A DNA stretch of 64,000 bases from Mobula hypostoma (taxonomy: Eukaryota): positions 194,992,001 to 195,056,000 of the forward strand of contig NC_086097.1 in assembly GCF_963921235.1 (NCBI RefSeq). Reading direction: 5' to 3'. The notes under the pieces were generated by a model. It searched no databases, had not been told where the DNA came from, and saw only the letters and a list, made by a program, of their open reading frames with translations. Below are positions 1 through 13,600 of the stretch, piece after piece; position 1 is the stretch's first letter, and each line of letters starts with the position of its first letter. The translations under genes and the position numbers were made by a program.

Positions 1-1799
1 AAACACCACTATAGATCAATGCCTAATGAATACCCTCAAAGGAAAATGTATTTGATTTAATTATACACACATCAATTGGCCAAAATCAAGTGAGATGAGT
101 GCTGAGGTTGGATATAACCTCCTGCTTCTTGTTTCAGAAGAGAAATGCTGAGTTACATATTTGAAAAGAATAGTCATTCTGGTGAGGTCCTGAGAGCTAT
201 TGCAACTGAAGGAACTATATCCTGTATTTCTCCAGAGAAATAAGGGGGCATTGAAATGTAAAACAAGCATAAGAAAAACCATACCTGTTAGACACTGGGT
301 ATAGAGTGCAGAGTATCAAATTATGATAATCTCACAGCTAATAATACATTTTCTATTTTAAAAATAAGCTTTCCATGTTGATTTGTATGCAATGATTAAT
401 CCATTGAAGGACAGCTGCACATCTGCTTACTCTGTATTTCAGAATAATAAAATTAAGTTGGTAAATCAGGATTAAATAGATTAATAAAACTGTAAAACTC
501 TTTTACGTTATTACATGAGATAGATACAACAAAGTTTCTCTACTCCTATCTGGATAAATTAAGTGTTTAGCATGCAGATTATGATACTTTATGATACATT
601 ATGATAAAGCTGAAATGTCTTTAATATACAATTCAGCTTTTGAATTACTTGTTTGCTATTAGAAAATGAAAGGGTATCTTGTTAGGTAGATATAAATGGA
701 TAACGTACTCTGGGTGCTATCTATTTCCGGTAAGGTAGCAGTGTGCTTGTTTGCAGTGGCCTCTCTGTATGCAATCAATGGTGTAAATCATCTCAATTCG
801 ATATTCCAGACTAAAATTGAATCACTCAGGGATGCTTGATAGCTGTGCCTGGGGTGAATACCTTCAATTCTTACAAAGGGAAACCAAGCAACATAGGTGA
901 CAACAGGGCTTTGCTTCCAAATGAAGTCAATATCTTTTATGCTTGCTTTGACTGTGAAAATATGGAGGAATCTTCACAAACTCCCACACCCCCCAGTGAC
1001 CCTGTGATTTCAGTCTCTGATGCTGAAATGAGAGCATCCTTCAAGAGGCTGAAACACATGGAAACATCTGTCCCAGACAAGCTATTCATCCGAGTACTAA
1101 AGTCCTGCGCTGCTGTGTCACCGATATCTTCATCCTCTTGCTTCAACCGTCTGAGGTAGTCTCCTGCATCAAGCAGGCTTCAATTATACTGGTGCCCAAG
1201 AAGAATGTGGTAATCAGCCTCAATAACTATTGTCCAGTAGCACTTACGCCCACTGTGATGAAGTGCTTGGAGAGGGTGGTGATGAAATATATCAACTTCT
1301 GTCTGAGAAGCAATTGATCCACTCAAATTTGCCTACAATCACAACAGGTCAACAGCAGATGACATTTGATTGGCTCTTAATTCAACTCTGGAACAACTAG
1401 ACAGAGAAGATACAGACAGCAGGCATTGACAACAGTTAGGCATTCAATAGCATCATCCTCTTAAAAGTAAGCTTCAAGACTTTGGCTTCAGTGTTTCCAT
1501 GTGCAATTGGTTCCTCCATTTCCTCACTTGCAGGCCCCAGTCAGTTCAGATTGGCAACAACTCATTTACAATCTCCATCTGCACAGCTGCACCACAAGGC
1601 TGTGTGTTCAGCCACCTGCTCTACTCACTTTATGCTTACTATTTTGAGACTAAGCACTGTTCCAAACCCATATCAAATTTTCTGATAGCATCTCTGTTGT
1701 TAGTTGAATCCAAGGCGGTGACGAATCAGCATATAGGCGGGAGATTGAAAATCTGGCTGAGTGCTACCACAGCAACAATCTCTCACTTCATGTCAGCTG

Positions 1800-1835
1800 A
1801 GTCCTGATGAAGAGTCCCGGCCTGAAATGTCGACT
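1800..1835 (+). ncRNA. Minimal hammerhead ribozyme motif, probably decayed
   Basis: Core CUGAUGA (1804-1810), GAAA (1824-1827) and GUC cleavage triplet (1829-1831) are present, and stem I is AGUC/GACU. Stem II and the ACGU palindrome carry transition mutations. Confidence 0.6.
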
Positions 1836-1933
1836 GTTTACTCTTTCCCATAGGTGTTGCCTGGCCTGCTGAGTTCCTCCTGCATTTTTGAGTGTTGCCT
1901 TGGATCTCCCGCATCTGAAAATTTTCTCATGTT
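1801..1933 (+). mobile_element. Short Penelope-derived insertion headed by a minimal type-I hammerhead ribozyme motif
   Basis: AGTC-CTGATGA-agagtcccggcct-GAAA-tg-TC-GACT at 1800-1835. Flanked by an imperfect 10-bp direct repeat, tgtcagctga (1791-1800) and tgtcaactaa (1934-1943), and it interrupts the Rex1 RT. Confidence 0.75.
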
Positions 1934-2544
1934 TGTCAACTAACTAATTGTTGACTTCAGCTGGAGAAAACTGGGGTCCATAAGGCAGTAACCACTGGGG
2001 GATCAGAGGTGGAGAGGTATGGCGACTTTACATTCTTGTGTTATCATTTCAAAGGATCTGTCTTGGGTCCTGCGCACAAGCGCCATTATGAAGAAAGTAC
2101 CTTAGCATCTCTTTCTTACAAGTTTGTAAAGATTCGGCATGTCATCTAAAACTTTGACAAACTTCTGTGGATGTGTGGTGGAGAGAATATTACTGTTTGC
2201 ATCATAGTCTGGTATGGAACACCAGTACCACTGAATAGAAAAGCCTACAAAGAGTAGTGGATATGCCACAGTCCATCACAAGTAAAGAACACTCCACCAT
2301 TGAGTCCATCTACATGGAGCACTGTTGCAGCAAAATATCATCCATCGTCAAAGACCCTCACCACCCAGGCCATACTCTCTTTTTGCTGCTACCATCAGAA
2401 GGGTAGTACAGGAGCCTCAGGACCCAAACCACCAGGTTTAGGAACAGTCTTACCCCTCAACCATATGACTCTTGAAGCAGATCATTTCAGTGAATTTGAC
2501 CTGCTCAGTCACTGTTCCCGTAACCTATGAGCTCACTTTCAAGG

Positions 2545-2733
2545 CTGCCGGCGGCGGCGGTGGAGACGGATGTGATGGAGTCTTTTGGGAAACTCCTGGA
2601 TAGGTACATGGAGCTTAGACAAATAGAGGGCTATAGGTTACCCTAGGTAACTTCCAAGGTAAGGACATGTTTGGCACAGCTTTGTGGGCCGAAGAGCCTG
2701 TATTGTGCTATAGGTTTTCAATGTTTCTATGTC
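2545..2733 (+). mobile_element. CR1 LINE 3' end (5'-truncated) inserted in the Rex1 3' UTR
   Basis: LLDRYMELRQIEGY-type ORF2 end followed by the gtgggccgaagagcctgt...atgtttctatgt tail. Same family as 48630-52240. Confidence 0.75.
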
Positions 2734-2904
2734 TCTTGATATCATGGTCTTGATGTTTATTTCACATTTATTTACTATTATTACTTATTTTTCTTTTTTT
2801 TGTATTTACACAGTTTGTTGTCTTTTGCACACTGGTTGTCACCCTGTTGGTGTAATCTTTAATTGATTCTATTATGGTTATTGGATTTATTGGATATATT
2901 GAGT

Positions 2905-3318
2905 AAGAGAGGAGGCACTGGAGACTGTGTGAGAGAGCAAGCATGCTGGAGTCCATGCTGGGTTAGGGGCTACCCGCTCCTGCTGGCTGCCCCCTAGTTT
3001 TCACAGAGTGGAAGTCAAGCTATTTGGCTGCAACTGCACAGCATGGGATGAGAAACCGCTGCATACTTGTTTTTCAGAAATTCAGCTCCAGGACAACATC
3101 CAATACGCTGTCAATCATCAGACCATGCCACTTAGGTACTTAGGTTAATATGATGTTTCTGTGATTGTGTGTGCTATTGTAACTATGTGTGCTGTTTGCT
3201 TCATGTGACTATGTACTCTGTTTTGCACGTTGGCCCTGGAAGAACGCTGTTTCTTTCAGCTGTACACATGCAAAGTTGAATGACAATTAAACTCAAACTT
3301 GATAATTAAACTTGACCT
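2905..3318 (+). mobile_element. Internally deleted Rex1/L2-like LINE relic
   Basis: 5' part resembles the KRAGVxARL N-terminal motif. The 3' part ends in gaatgacaattaaact...aaacttga repeats. Confidence 0.4.
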
Positions 3319-3855
3319 TAGGTCTTGCATTCTTCATGCATGGAGTTTCTAAGACTGAAAGTAAATCTCAATTTTTAATACATTCAACGCACTATGCATA
3401 ATGAAATGGATGCTCTATAATACTGAAGACAGCAGTCAGATAACACTCTGTGTTGTAAGTCTATGATGAATTGAATGAAAGTCTACCCAAAATACAACAG
3501 GGCATCTGTAATTCATGTGTACAGAAAAGTCATTGACATTACATATATCACTAGGGTTTGACAGGAACAACACTGATGCATTGAAATTCAATGCTTCAGT
3601 GATTTACAATGAAATAGACAGCATTGCTTGATGTGTGTAGTTGTTCCGGCAAGCAGTAACTCTGAATTATAAAGTAACTGTTTGAAGTACAAAATCTTTA
3701 TTTTAAACACAGACTCTGCAAATCCATGGAGATATTACACCCATTCCATGATGCCAAAGTTTCTAAATTCAATTGATATCCTTTAATGGGATGCCAATAG
3801 AGACAGCCTTGGCTACATAACATGCACATTCAAAGGCTTTATATACTTTCTAAAA

Positions 3856-3980
3856 TTTATTTTGAGATTACAGTGCAGAATGAGCACACCAACCAGCAAC
3901 CCAATTAACCAATACGTCTTTGGCTGTGGGAGAAAACCAGAGCACACGGAGGAAACCCACGTATTTATGGGGTGAATGTG
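3856..3980 (-). mobile_element. V-SINE fragment
   Basis: Reverse complement of the V-domain consensus: tgtgggagaaaaccagagcacacggaggaaacccac. Confidence 0.65.
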
Positions 3981-5310
3981 CTAGCATTCCTGTTGATTCC
4001 AAGGAAGGATTATGGGTCTCTCATGACCTAAAAGGTGAAAGGTGGTTAAGGCATTCTTCTTCATTTGTTTTTATTATTTCTACTTCACAGAGCTAATCAA
4101 GGGCAACCACAGTAAGCTGAACAATAGAGGAGGCCATGTAAGAGTGTGGTTTAGTAGACAAAGTAACTGCAAAGAAAGGGAAAGAGAAATATCACTGGTT
4201 ATTTCAGATAAAAGGTGATGCCTCCTACAGGCACGTGGTCAGTAATCCAAGAAGGTAAGCATGACGAGGAAGGTACTCTAGCAACCCTTTCTTGATGTGT
4301 ATTCTTCCCATGTACTCTCCTTGCTAAGGTCTGCATGACATTGTTATGAGGGCATCCTCATTCATCAAAACAATAGCCTACACAAGTATATTCATGAAGA
4401 TGGAATGGTTAAGAGAGCAACTTTAGCTTCATAAACTGCTCACAAATAGCTTCAAAAATGAAAGAGGGAAGCTAGGGATTGCGTAGGTGGAAAAAGGTTT
4501 TTGCACATTATTTTTGTTATAAAAATGAATTCACCTTCAATAGACAGGAGGCTCCTCAATTATTTAATATTATATTACAATATTTCAGCGTCTCAGAAAA
4601 GAGTAGTCGGGGAAAAAAAAATACCAGTAGGATCAATGCCCGAACAGATTGGGTGATGACTACCTCAATGTTAAATTTGAATGATTGCGAAAAATTTATG
4701 GATGTTTGATAAACAGGTCAATGGTATACCAGTTTTATCATTATAACCCTGCAATCCTTTCCTGATTATAATTAGGCCCATCTAAGTATAATAGCTCACA
4801 TTTCCTACAGGGAAATAGTCTGTGCAAGTTTTCCACAGTTTCATCTGAGTAGTTTAGAGAAATACAAAACCATAAAACATAGGAACAGAATTAGGCCATT
4901 TGGCCCATTAAATCATCGGTGATTTATTATCCTTTTCAAACCTGTTTCTCCTGCCTTTGATGCCCTGACTAATCAAGAACCTATCAGCCTCTGCTTTAAA
5001 TCTAAAAACTTGGACTCCACAGCCACCTGCGGTAATAAATTCAAAGGATTCCACACCCTCTAGCCAAAGAAATTCTTCCTGACCTCTGCTCTAAATGGAC
5101 ATCTCTCTAGTCTGAGGTTGTGACTCACCAAGGAAATATCCTTCCTACATCCACTCTATCCAGACCTTTGAATATTCAATAGGTTTCAATAAGATTCACC
5201 CCCCCCCCCATTCTTCTAAACCTCAGCAAGTACAGGCCAAGAGCCAACAAACGTTCTTCATGTGTTAACCCTTTCATAACTGGAATCATTTTTGTCAACA
5301 TCCTCTAGAC

Positions 5311-5501
5311 CAGGGGTCGGCAACGTTTTTGCCTCTGTGAGCTGGATCGTGTATTAATGAGCGGACAGTGGGCCAGATAAATGCCATAAAAAACTTAAAA
5401 TTTGGGGATTAGCCATTTAAATACATTTAGTTATGTTTGGCCTCAAATTAATGAATAACGCATGCTAGAAAATTATTTGTGCCTAAGGTTGCCTACCCCT
5501 G
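5311..5501. mobile_element. hAT (Charlie-like) MITE, 191 bp
   Basis: TIRs caggggtcggcaac and gttgcctacccctg (1 mismatch). Perfect 8-bp TSD ctctagac at 5303-5310 and 5502-5509. Confidence 0.9.
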
Positions 5502-5616
5502 CTCTAGACCCTCTCCAACATTTCTTAGGTAAGGGGCCCAAAATTGCTCACGATATTCCAAGTGTGGTTTGACCAATGCCTTACAGAATCTCACAATTTT
5601 ATCCTTTCTTTTATAC

Positions 5617-5706
5617 AGATCAGCCACAATTTTATTGATTGGCGGGGCAGGCTCGATGGGCCGGATGGCCTACTCCTGCTCCTATTTCTTATGTTCTTAT
5701 GTTCTT
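5617..5706 (+). mobile_element. CR1-type 3' tail inserted in opposite orientation into the older CR1
   Basis: gggccggatggcctactcctgctcct stem-loop region followed by a (ttcttatg)n tail. Confidence 0.7.
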
Positions 5707-8209
5707 AAATTCTTGTCCTCTCAAAATGAATCTAACATTGCATTTATCTTCCTTACCACCAATTCATCTCTGCAAGTTAACCTTTAGGGAATCCTGCACA
5801 AGGACCCCAAGACCCTTTACACTTCTGATTTTTGAATTTTCTCCCCATTTAGAAAATAATCTATGCCTCTATTCCTTCCATCAAGGTGCATGAACATGTA
5901 CTTTCTTGCACTTATATTACATCTGCTACTCTGTTGCCTATTATCACAACCTGTCTAAGTCCTTCTGCAGACACCCTGCTCCCTCAACATTATTTGTTCT
6001 TCCACCTATTTTCATATCATCCACAAACTTGGCTGCAAAGCTTTAATTCTGTCATCCAGATAATTCACATATAATGTGAAATGAAGCATGTACCACCACT
6101 GGTCAGCATCAGCCAACCAAAATAGGATCCTTTTATTCCCACTCTTTGCTTCCTTCCAGTCAGCTATTCTTCTGCTTATGCTAGTGTCTTTCCTGTAATA
6201 CCATGGGCTCTTATCTTGTTGAGCAGCCTCATGTGTGGCATCTTGCAAAGGCCTTTTGAAAATCCAAGTAATCACCATCTACTGGCTCTCCTTTGTTATT
6301 TCCTCAAAGAATTCCAGAAGATTTTTCAGGCAAGATTTCCCCTTAAGGAAACCATGCAGACTTCGGCTAATTTTAATCATATACCTTAAAACCTCATCCT
6401 TAATAATAGACTCCAACATCTTTCCAACCACTAACATCAGAATAACTGGCCTATAATTTCCTTTCTTCTGTCTTCCTCCCTTCTTAATGGATGGAGATAC
6501 ATTTGAAATTTTCCAGTCTTCTGGAACCATTCCAGAATCGAGTAATTCTTGAAAGATCATTACTAATGCCTCCACAATTTCTTCAGTTACCTCTTTCAGA
6601 ATCCTGGTATAGTCCACCGGTGTCCAGGTGATTTGTCTACTTTCAGACATTTCCTCTCCCTAAGCACCTTCTCCTTAGTAATACCAACAGCACTCACTTC
6701 TGCCACCCCCCCCACCCCCCACCGACACCTTCAAATTTCTGGCACTCTGGCTGCCATAGTTAACACTGATGTAAAATATTTATTAATTCCTCTACCATTT
6801 CTTTGTCTCCCATTACTATCTACCAAGTATCATATTCCAGCATTTGATACAAACTCCTCTCTCTTTTACTCTTTATATATTTGAATAAAACTTCTGCTAT
6901 TCACTTATACATTATTGGCTAGCTTCCCTTCATATTTCATATTTTCTCTTCTTGAGGTTTTTAGTTGCCTTCTGTTGGTTTATAAAAGTTTCCCAATCCT
7001 CTAACTTCCCACTAATTTTCCTATATATTATGCTCTTTCACTTGCTTTTAGACTGTATTTGACTTCCTTTGCAGCCACGGTCGCCTCATCCTTTCTTTAG
7101 AATACTTCTTCAATTTTGGAATGTATCTATCCTATGCCATCTGAATTGTTCCTAGAAACTCCAATTATTGCTGCTCTGCTATCATCCCTTCTAGTGTCCC
7201 CTTCCAATCAACTTTGGCCACCTCTTCTCTCATGTCATCGTAATTCCCTTTACTCCACTGTAATACTGATACATCTGCCTTCAACTTCTCCCTCTCAAAC
7301 TGCAGGGTGAATCTATCATCTCATGATCACCATTTTAAGGGTTTCATTACCTTAAGCTTCCTAAACAAATTTGGTTCAATACATAACACCCAATCCAGAA
7401 TTGCCTTTCCTCTAGTGGGCTCAACCACAAGCTGCTTGAAAAAGCCAGCTTGTAAGCATTCTACAAATTCTCTCTTGGGATCAAGCTCTAACCTAATTTT
7501 CCCAGTTGACTATACCTGCAAATTGAAATCCCCCATGAGTATTGCAACATTGCCTTTTCTATCTCCCGTCGTAATTTGTATCCCACATCCTTGCTACTTT
7601 TTGGAGGCCTGTATGTAACTCCCATTAGGGTCTTGTTACCATTGCAGTTTCTTAACTCTACCCACAAGGATTCTACAATCCTATATCATCTCTTTCTAAG
7701 GATTCCATTTCATTTCTTTTTCCAGCAGAGCCACACCAGTTCTCCTGCATACCTACCTGTCCTTTTGATCCAAGGTGTATCCTTGAATGTTAGGCTCCCA
7801 ACTATGATCTTCTTTCAGCCACGATTCAGCGATGCCCACAATGCACCTGCCAATCTCTAATTGCACAACAAGATCATCAACCTTACTCCAAGTACTGCGT
7901 GCATTCTAATGTAACATCTTCAGTCCCGTATTCATCACCTTTTTCGATTTTGCCCCCATGTTGCACTTCAACTCATCCCACTGACTGCAATTTTGCCCCA
8001 TCATCTGCCTGTCCTTCCTCATTTTCATGGCACACTGTATCTACTTGTATACCAACTGCCCCATCCTCAGCCCTATTATTCCAATTCCCACCCTTCTAAA
8101 AGTAAACATATATTAATGCCATAATCTAAAAATACATAAACTGAACAATCCCAAACTGAGGTGCAGTTGTTAAGTAGTGTGTGTGATACATCCAAACAAC
8201 AAAGACCCC

Positions 8210-8600
8210 AGAGAGACAAAAGAGGCTGTAGATGCGAGAATATGCAGTAAAAAAAGAACTAAACTGTTGGATTTGGAATATTGCTATTACTCTTTTGCCC
8301 ACTTCCAGGACAGAAGATGCTGGAGAAACTCAGCTGGTTACACAGTGTCTATGGAAGGAAGTGGACATTTGACATTTCAGGTTGAGACCCTTCATCTGAA
8401 CTGACAGATATAAGGGAGATGAGATGAGAAAGAGGAGTGAAAATTGGGATGGCAAGCGATAGGAGTTGGGAAGAGTGGAGATAGCGACAGAGACTGGGTA
8501 GTGAAGGCAACTAAGGGCTGAATATGATAGAATTTGACAGGAAAGGATGTGGATCATAAAATCAATTAAGAGATCTGGGGTGGGCTGATGGGAACAGTAA
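8210..8600 (-). mobile_element. Penelope-like 3' terminal repeat relic with degenerate hammerhead motif
   Basis: Minus strand cagttcagatgaagggtctcaacctgaaatgtc (~8370-8403), preceded by a pyrimidine-rich tract and followed by the family tail. Confidence 0.55.
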
Positions 8601-10424
8601 GGTGGAGTTGATGAGAATATGGAGAGAATATGTGGTAGGGAAAATTATTGAGGAAACGGGTTTACTTAATGTACCAGAATGGAATTCATGGGCTAAATAC
8701 CCTTCTCTGTTCTCTGGAAACACTGCGCTTGTAATAAAAACTTACTTGCCTGATATTTTGGGTTTGGCTTCACACAATGAGGCTTTCTGCCCTCACTTTG
8801 CTAGTAAAATATTTCACTACATGCAACTGGAAAACCTCCAATGAGTGATCACTGTTACGTCGGTGGTAACTTATCCCACAGTCACCTTTCTTGGTAAACA
8901 GCTCTGTGACAGTCTTATTATTGGTGCTAATTCCTTTGATAAGGCCATTTGTCCATCCACTGCATTAACATCAACATTGTGCACCAGACAAAACTCATTA
9001 GTATTTTTGCTCTTATCAATGGAGAATTTTACATATACATAGGAGTTTCACATTTTGTATATTTAATAATTTAAAATTAATTCATTAGTTTGTTAACTTG
9101 AACACAATCTTATCACATATCACTTGAATCAGGAATGTACGAATTATATAATCTTTAATGCTCTTTGGATTTTTGGATCAGAAAAATGATGGTGCATCTG
9201 GATTATTCGGTGTGACTTTAAGCACATCCATTCTAGAATCCTAAACTTAAGCGAAGATCTTAACTGTTACAGATGTATGTACATACAATCACTTTAGTAA
9301 GATTATGCTATATTAACCTATAATTCAAAGACTAATTTTCCTAACTACTTTGTTCTTTTTTCTGAAGAGGTGAAGCTGTCAATACTCACTATTTCAAGTG
9401 CTGAATCCACAATCCCAGCTAATGTGGAGATACTTCCAACTAATAAAATAGATTAGGCAGTTATTTATTTGAAATGGAGTAAATTTATCTTGAAGATTAA
9501 TTCTAACAGATTATATCTAGAAAACCATACCAATAAGTTCCAGAGCAACATATCTGCTGCAAAATGAAGCTCAGGAAATAGATCATCCTTGTGTTGGGGC
9601 TGGGAAGGGGTCTCTCTGTCTCCATCTCTGCCACTCCTCCCCATCCTTCTGGCCTTCTAATATTTATATCTTTTTTTTTGCTGGCAATCTTCATTTGCAT
9701 GCAATGTTTTTGCAACTAAATTGATCAGGTCAGATGTCAGGATCCTCAGGTTAACCATGTTATATCTTCTATTTAGGTGAAATCAACATAGGCTTCCTGA
9801 GACAAGTCAGCATTGTTTCTCAAGAGGATGGCTAAAATAAGACTAAAAATTAACAATGAACATTGAACAGTTTCTTCGACTGTGGAAAAAAAGCTGAATA
9901 TTGCTAAAAGCCTCACAATTCATATTGTGAATATTCATCATCCAAAGTTCTTTTTAATCTGTGCACATACAGTATGCACGTCAGCACACACAGCATCAAA
10001 TACACCACAATGACATTGCACGTTTACACCTGTGATAATAAGAACCATACCCTGTCTCCCATTCCATTTTTGACCAACAGATATCATCGCAAGTCAACAA
10101 TAGTCTTAGCCTGGATAGTACAGCTTCTCAAGAGAATGGCTGAATAATACCAGTTAAAATTAACAAACTTCTTGAAACTAACAATTTCTGACCAGTTATG
10201 TTTGCTACTTATTTGTTACATAGTTTATGCCAGCTGAAATCATCCTTGACATGTAACCACTGTACCTAGAAGCCATGGGTAGGAATGTTTGAACACTTTG
10301 AATATGATAACATGCTTCACATGCATATTATTTCCTTTTATTAGGCAATTCCAAATAATTCAGTTTATTCATGACATCCGTTCTTACCAACATCCTATAT
10401 GTAAACAATTGATATGAATCTAAA

Positions 10425-11748
10425 TGACAGCTGATGCCATTTCATTGGCTCAACCCTAGAACATGTGGACAATGAAGCTGCATACATCAGGATGCTCTTC
10501 ATCGACTACAGCTTGGCATTCAATGCTATTATCCTCTCTAAACTAACTAATAAGTTTGAAGACCTTGGCCTCAATACCTCCTTGTGCAATTGGATCCTCA
10601 ATTTCCTCACTTGCAGTCCCCATTCAGCTCAGATTGGCAACATAATCTCCACCAACACAGCTGCACCACCAGACTGCATGTTTAGCCCTTTGCCCTACCT
10701 GCTTTATTCCTATGTTATGAGGCTAAGCACAACTCCAATGCCATATTCAAATTTGCTGATAACCCCACTGTCGTTGGCCGAATCAAAGGTGGTGATGAAT
10801 CAGCACATGGGAGGGAGATTGAAAATCTGGTTGAGTGATGCCACTATAACAATCTCTCATTCAATAGCAGAAAGACCAAGGAACTGATTGATGACTTCAT
10901 GAAGAGGAAAGTGGAGGCCCATGTACTAGATCTCATCTGTAGAATCAGAAGTGGAGAGGTTCAGCAATCCTAAATTCCTCAGTGTTATCATTCCAGAGGA
11001 TCTGATCTGGACTCAGCTTGTAAGTGCCACCACAAAGAAAGCATGGCAGTGGCTCTACTTCCTTGGAAGGTTGTGAAGATTCAGCTTGACATTTAAAACT
11101 TTGACAAACTCCTGTAGATGTGTAGTGCAGAGTATATTGACTGGTTGTATCATGGCCTGGTATGGAAACACCAATACCCTTGAATGGAAAATCCTACAAA
11201 ACGTAGTGGGTATGGCCCAGGCCCTTCAGGGTAAGGCCCTCCCCAACATTGAGCACATCTACTTGGAGCGTTGTAGCAGGAAAGCAGCATCCATTATCAA
11301 AGACCCCCTCCATCCTCTTCTCGCTGTTGCTATCATGATCAGCATTCATCATCAGGAAGACACAGGAGCCTTAGGACACACACCACCAGGTTCAGGTCAG
11401 TTATTAGCCCTCAGCCATCGGGCTCTTGAACTCGAGGGGAAAATTTCACTCAACCTCACTTGTCCCATCACTGAACTGATTCCACAGCCGGTGGGCTCAC
11501 ATTCAAGGACTCTTCATCTCATGTTCTCAATATTTATTGCCTATTTATTTGTTATTATTGTTTTTTTTTGTATTTGCACATTTTGTTGTCTTTTGTAGAT
11601 TGACAGTTTGTCCGTCCTATTGGGCGCGGTCTTTCATTGATCCTATTGCGCTTTTTGGATTTACTGTGCATGCCCACAAGAAAATGAATCTCAGGCTTGT
11701 ATATGGTGACATATGTACATTGATAATAAATTTACTTTGAACTTTGAA
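10425..11748 (+). mobile_element. 5'-truncated Rex1/Babar-like LINE
   Basis: ORF 10465-10887 reads YIRMLFIDYSLAFNAI...LCNWILNFLT. ORF 11086-11598 reads SILTGCIMAWYGN...KAASIIKDPLHP. Tail is aataaa...tttgaactttgaa. Confidence 0.88.
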
Positions 11749-12199
11749 TATATTTGAGAAGTTACATTATTTTGGCTCAAGTTAATACCTTTATTCTAGC
11801 ATTGCCTTGGGGCATCTCCAGTTATTTTGCAGCACACATATTGTCAGCAATGTGCATTCGGGAAATGTGCTCAGATGCTCTTCAATGAAAAATATTATTG
11901 TAAGAGAGGCAGTTAAAAATGTAACCTGAAGATACTGTGTACTACCCAGTCCCACAACTCCCTATTATTTCAAAAAGGACCAACCAATGTGAACACATTT
12001 TATAAACTATCTCATTAAATGAACCCGTCTTTAGGTTACTAATTATTTTGTTCCTTAGATTCCATTGATCACATAAATACACAGGTATTTGCTGTTGTTT
12101 GCAAACTGCATTAGATTAGAGGTCCTCTTTCTCTCAGTGTAAATAGAAATGGAATGAAGAGTGAATTGAAGTGCAATTCCCGGTTCCTCTGTCTTAATT

Positions 12200-12720
12200 G
12201 CTACCCGTCCAACACCGATTTGGCCACAGCTTTTGTCTTTTAAGTATAAAGATTGAATCAGATTGCAACACCTCCTCTGGTAGTGTGCTCCAGATTTCGG
12301 CCCTTCTCAGTGTGAAAAAAAAAATCCCTCAAATCTCCTTGAAAACATCTTCATCTTATATTTGATACTCCTGGTATGGGGAAAAAGGGCTTGCCTGTCT
12401 ATTTTATCCATGCCTCTCAAAATCTTATGTACTTCTTCAGTCACCTCTCAGCCTCCTTTGCTCCACAGGAAACATCCTTGATTATCCAACCTACGCCCAT
12501 AATTAAACTCTTCCTTGCAGACTCTCCAGTGCAATCACATCTTTCTTAAGGTGTGGTGACCAGAACGCCACATGTACTCCAAGTGTGACCTACCAGTGTT
12601 TTGTAAAGTTGCAGTAAAAAGCCTCAAGTTTTATATTCTGTGTCCCAGCAGACAAAGGAAAGCTTGCAATTTGCCTTCTTTGCTATCGTCTCCACCTGGG
12701 TTACTAATTTCAGGAAACTA
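12200..12720 (-). mobile_element. Old CR1 3' fragment
   Basis: ggtgaccagaac...tactccaagtgtg is the reverse of the HLEYxxxFWSP motif. Confidence 0.6.
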
Positions 12721-13175
12721 AATTTACTCCTGGAATGTTATATGAGGAAACACAAGCGCATTCACAGGCCTGATATTAATTATAATTTTGATTATTAATT
12801 GCTTTACATTAGTCAACTGAGCATGAACATTTATTCGGGAATTACTTTTTGTTCATACTGCTGGAGAATTTCTATTTTAAGAAGTGTATTGTTAAAGTAG
12901 TTGCTCAGACTTAAGCTGAAGTTGATGCTCCAGCAGATCCTAAAGTAAGGTATGAGATAAGATGAGAGAGGTATTACCTGGTTCTGAGAGCAGTATTTGC
13001 ACATTACTCATAACTGAAGTGAGAAGAGAACTCCTGGACTACTCACTAAAAATATGGTCTCCTATTTAGGTCATGTATTCCCGTCATCTTTCTGGAGTTC
13101 TCCAGCACTACAAACTTTCACCTAATTGTCCCAGTCATCAACAAAGTACTTGGTTGGATGTTGGTTTTCTTTCTA

Positions 13176-13290
13176 GTGCTAGTGTTGCTGCTGATGTTTG
13201 TGTTGTCTCTGCTAATGTTGTTACTGTTGTTGATGCTGCTGCTAATGTCATTGGTGCTGCTAATGTTGCCCAACTAAAGCTGCTACTGAT
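13176..13290. repeat. Degenerate low-complexity (GCT/AAT/GTT)n repeat
   Basis: Recurrent gctgctaatgtt and gctgctgatgtt units. Confidence 0.7.
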
Positions 13291-13424
13291 ACTTGTTTGA
13301 CTCAAGCCTTACAGGATTTCTGTCCCCTGGGCTGTCCCAAACACACCATTGAAAACTGAGGCTTTTTGCATTTTTAGTTCAGAGATTGGAGTATTATTGT
13401 AAGACTGATCTATATTGATATTGG

Positions 13425-13600
13425 TGTCTTATTATTGTCACATTTGTCAGGACACAGTGAAAAAGCTTGTTTTGCATACTGTTCATACAGAGCAAATCAT
13501 TACACAGTACACTAAAGTAGAACAAGGTAAAACGATAACAATGCAGAATAAAGTGTAAAAGCTACAGAGCAAGTGCAGTGAAGGTGATACTATCTGTAGT
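13425..13600 (-). mobile_element. Rex1-like LINE 3' UTR fragment
   Basis: ttattattgtcacat...aaaagcttgttttgcatactgttcatacag pattern of reversed Rex1-like tails. Confidence 0.45.

Larger units (their letters stand above)
780..2900 (+). mobile_element. Decayed Rex1/Babar-like non-LTR retrotransposon (RT and 3' UTR), interrupted by two later insertions
   Basis: Frameshifted RT-region peptides typical of the clade: LLPNEVNIFYACFD (836-1159), NNYCPVALTPTVMKCLERVV (~1220-1280) and CNWFLHFLTCRPQSVQIG...APQGCV (1499-1807). The 3' UTR resembles that of the copy at 10425-11748. Confidence 0.8.
4865..8098 (-). mobile_element. Decayed CR1 LINE (ORF2 endonuclease-RT with deletions)
   Basis: 3' tail cataaaacatagg...aggccatttggccc at ~4870-4910. 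ORF 6279-6650 reads VPEDWKISNV...KGNYRPVIL...HGFLKGKSCLKNLLEFFE. Confidence 0.85.

Noticed and set aside
61..282. 73-aa minus-strand ORF
   Set aside because: No recognisable domain or convincing splice context. Length is expected by chance.
13100..13300. Asn/Ser-rich frame with several NxS sequons (mucin-like exon)
   Set aside because: Direct consequence of the AACATTAGC low-complexity repeat, and splice signals are weak.
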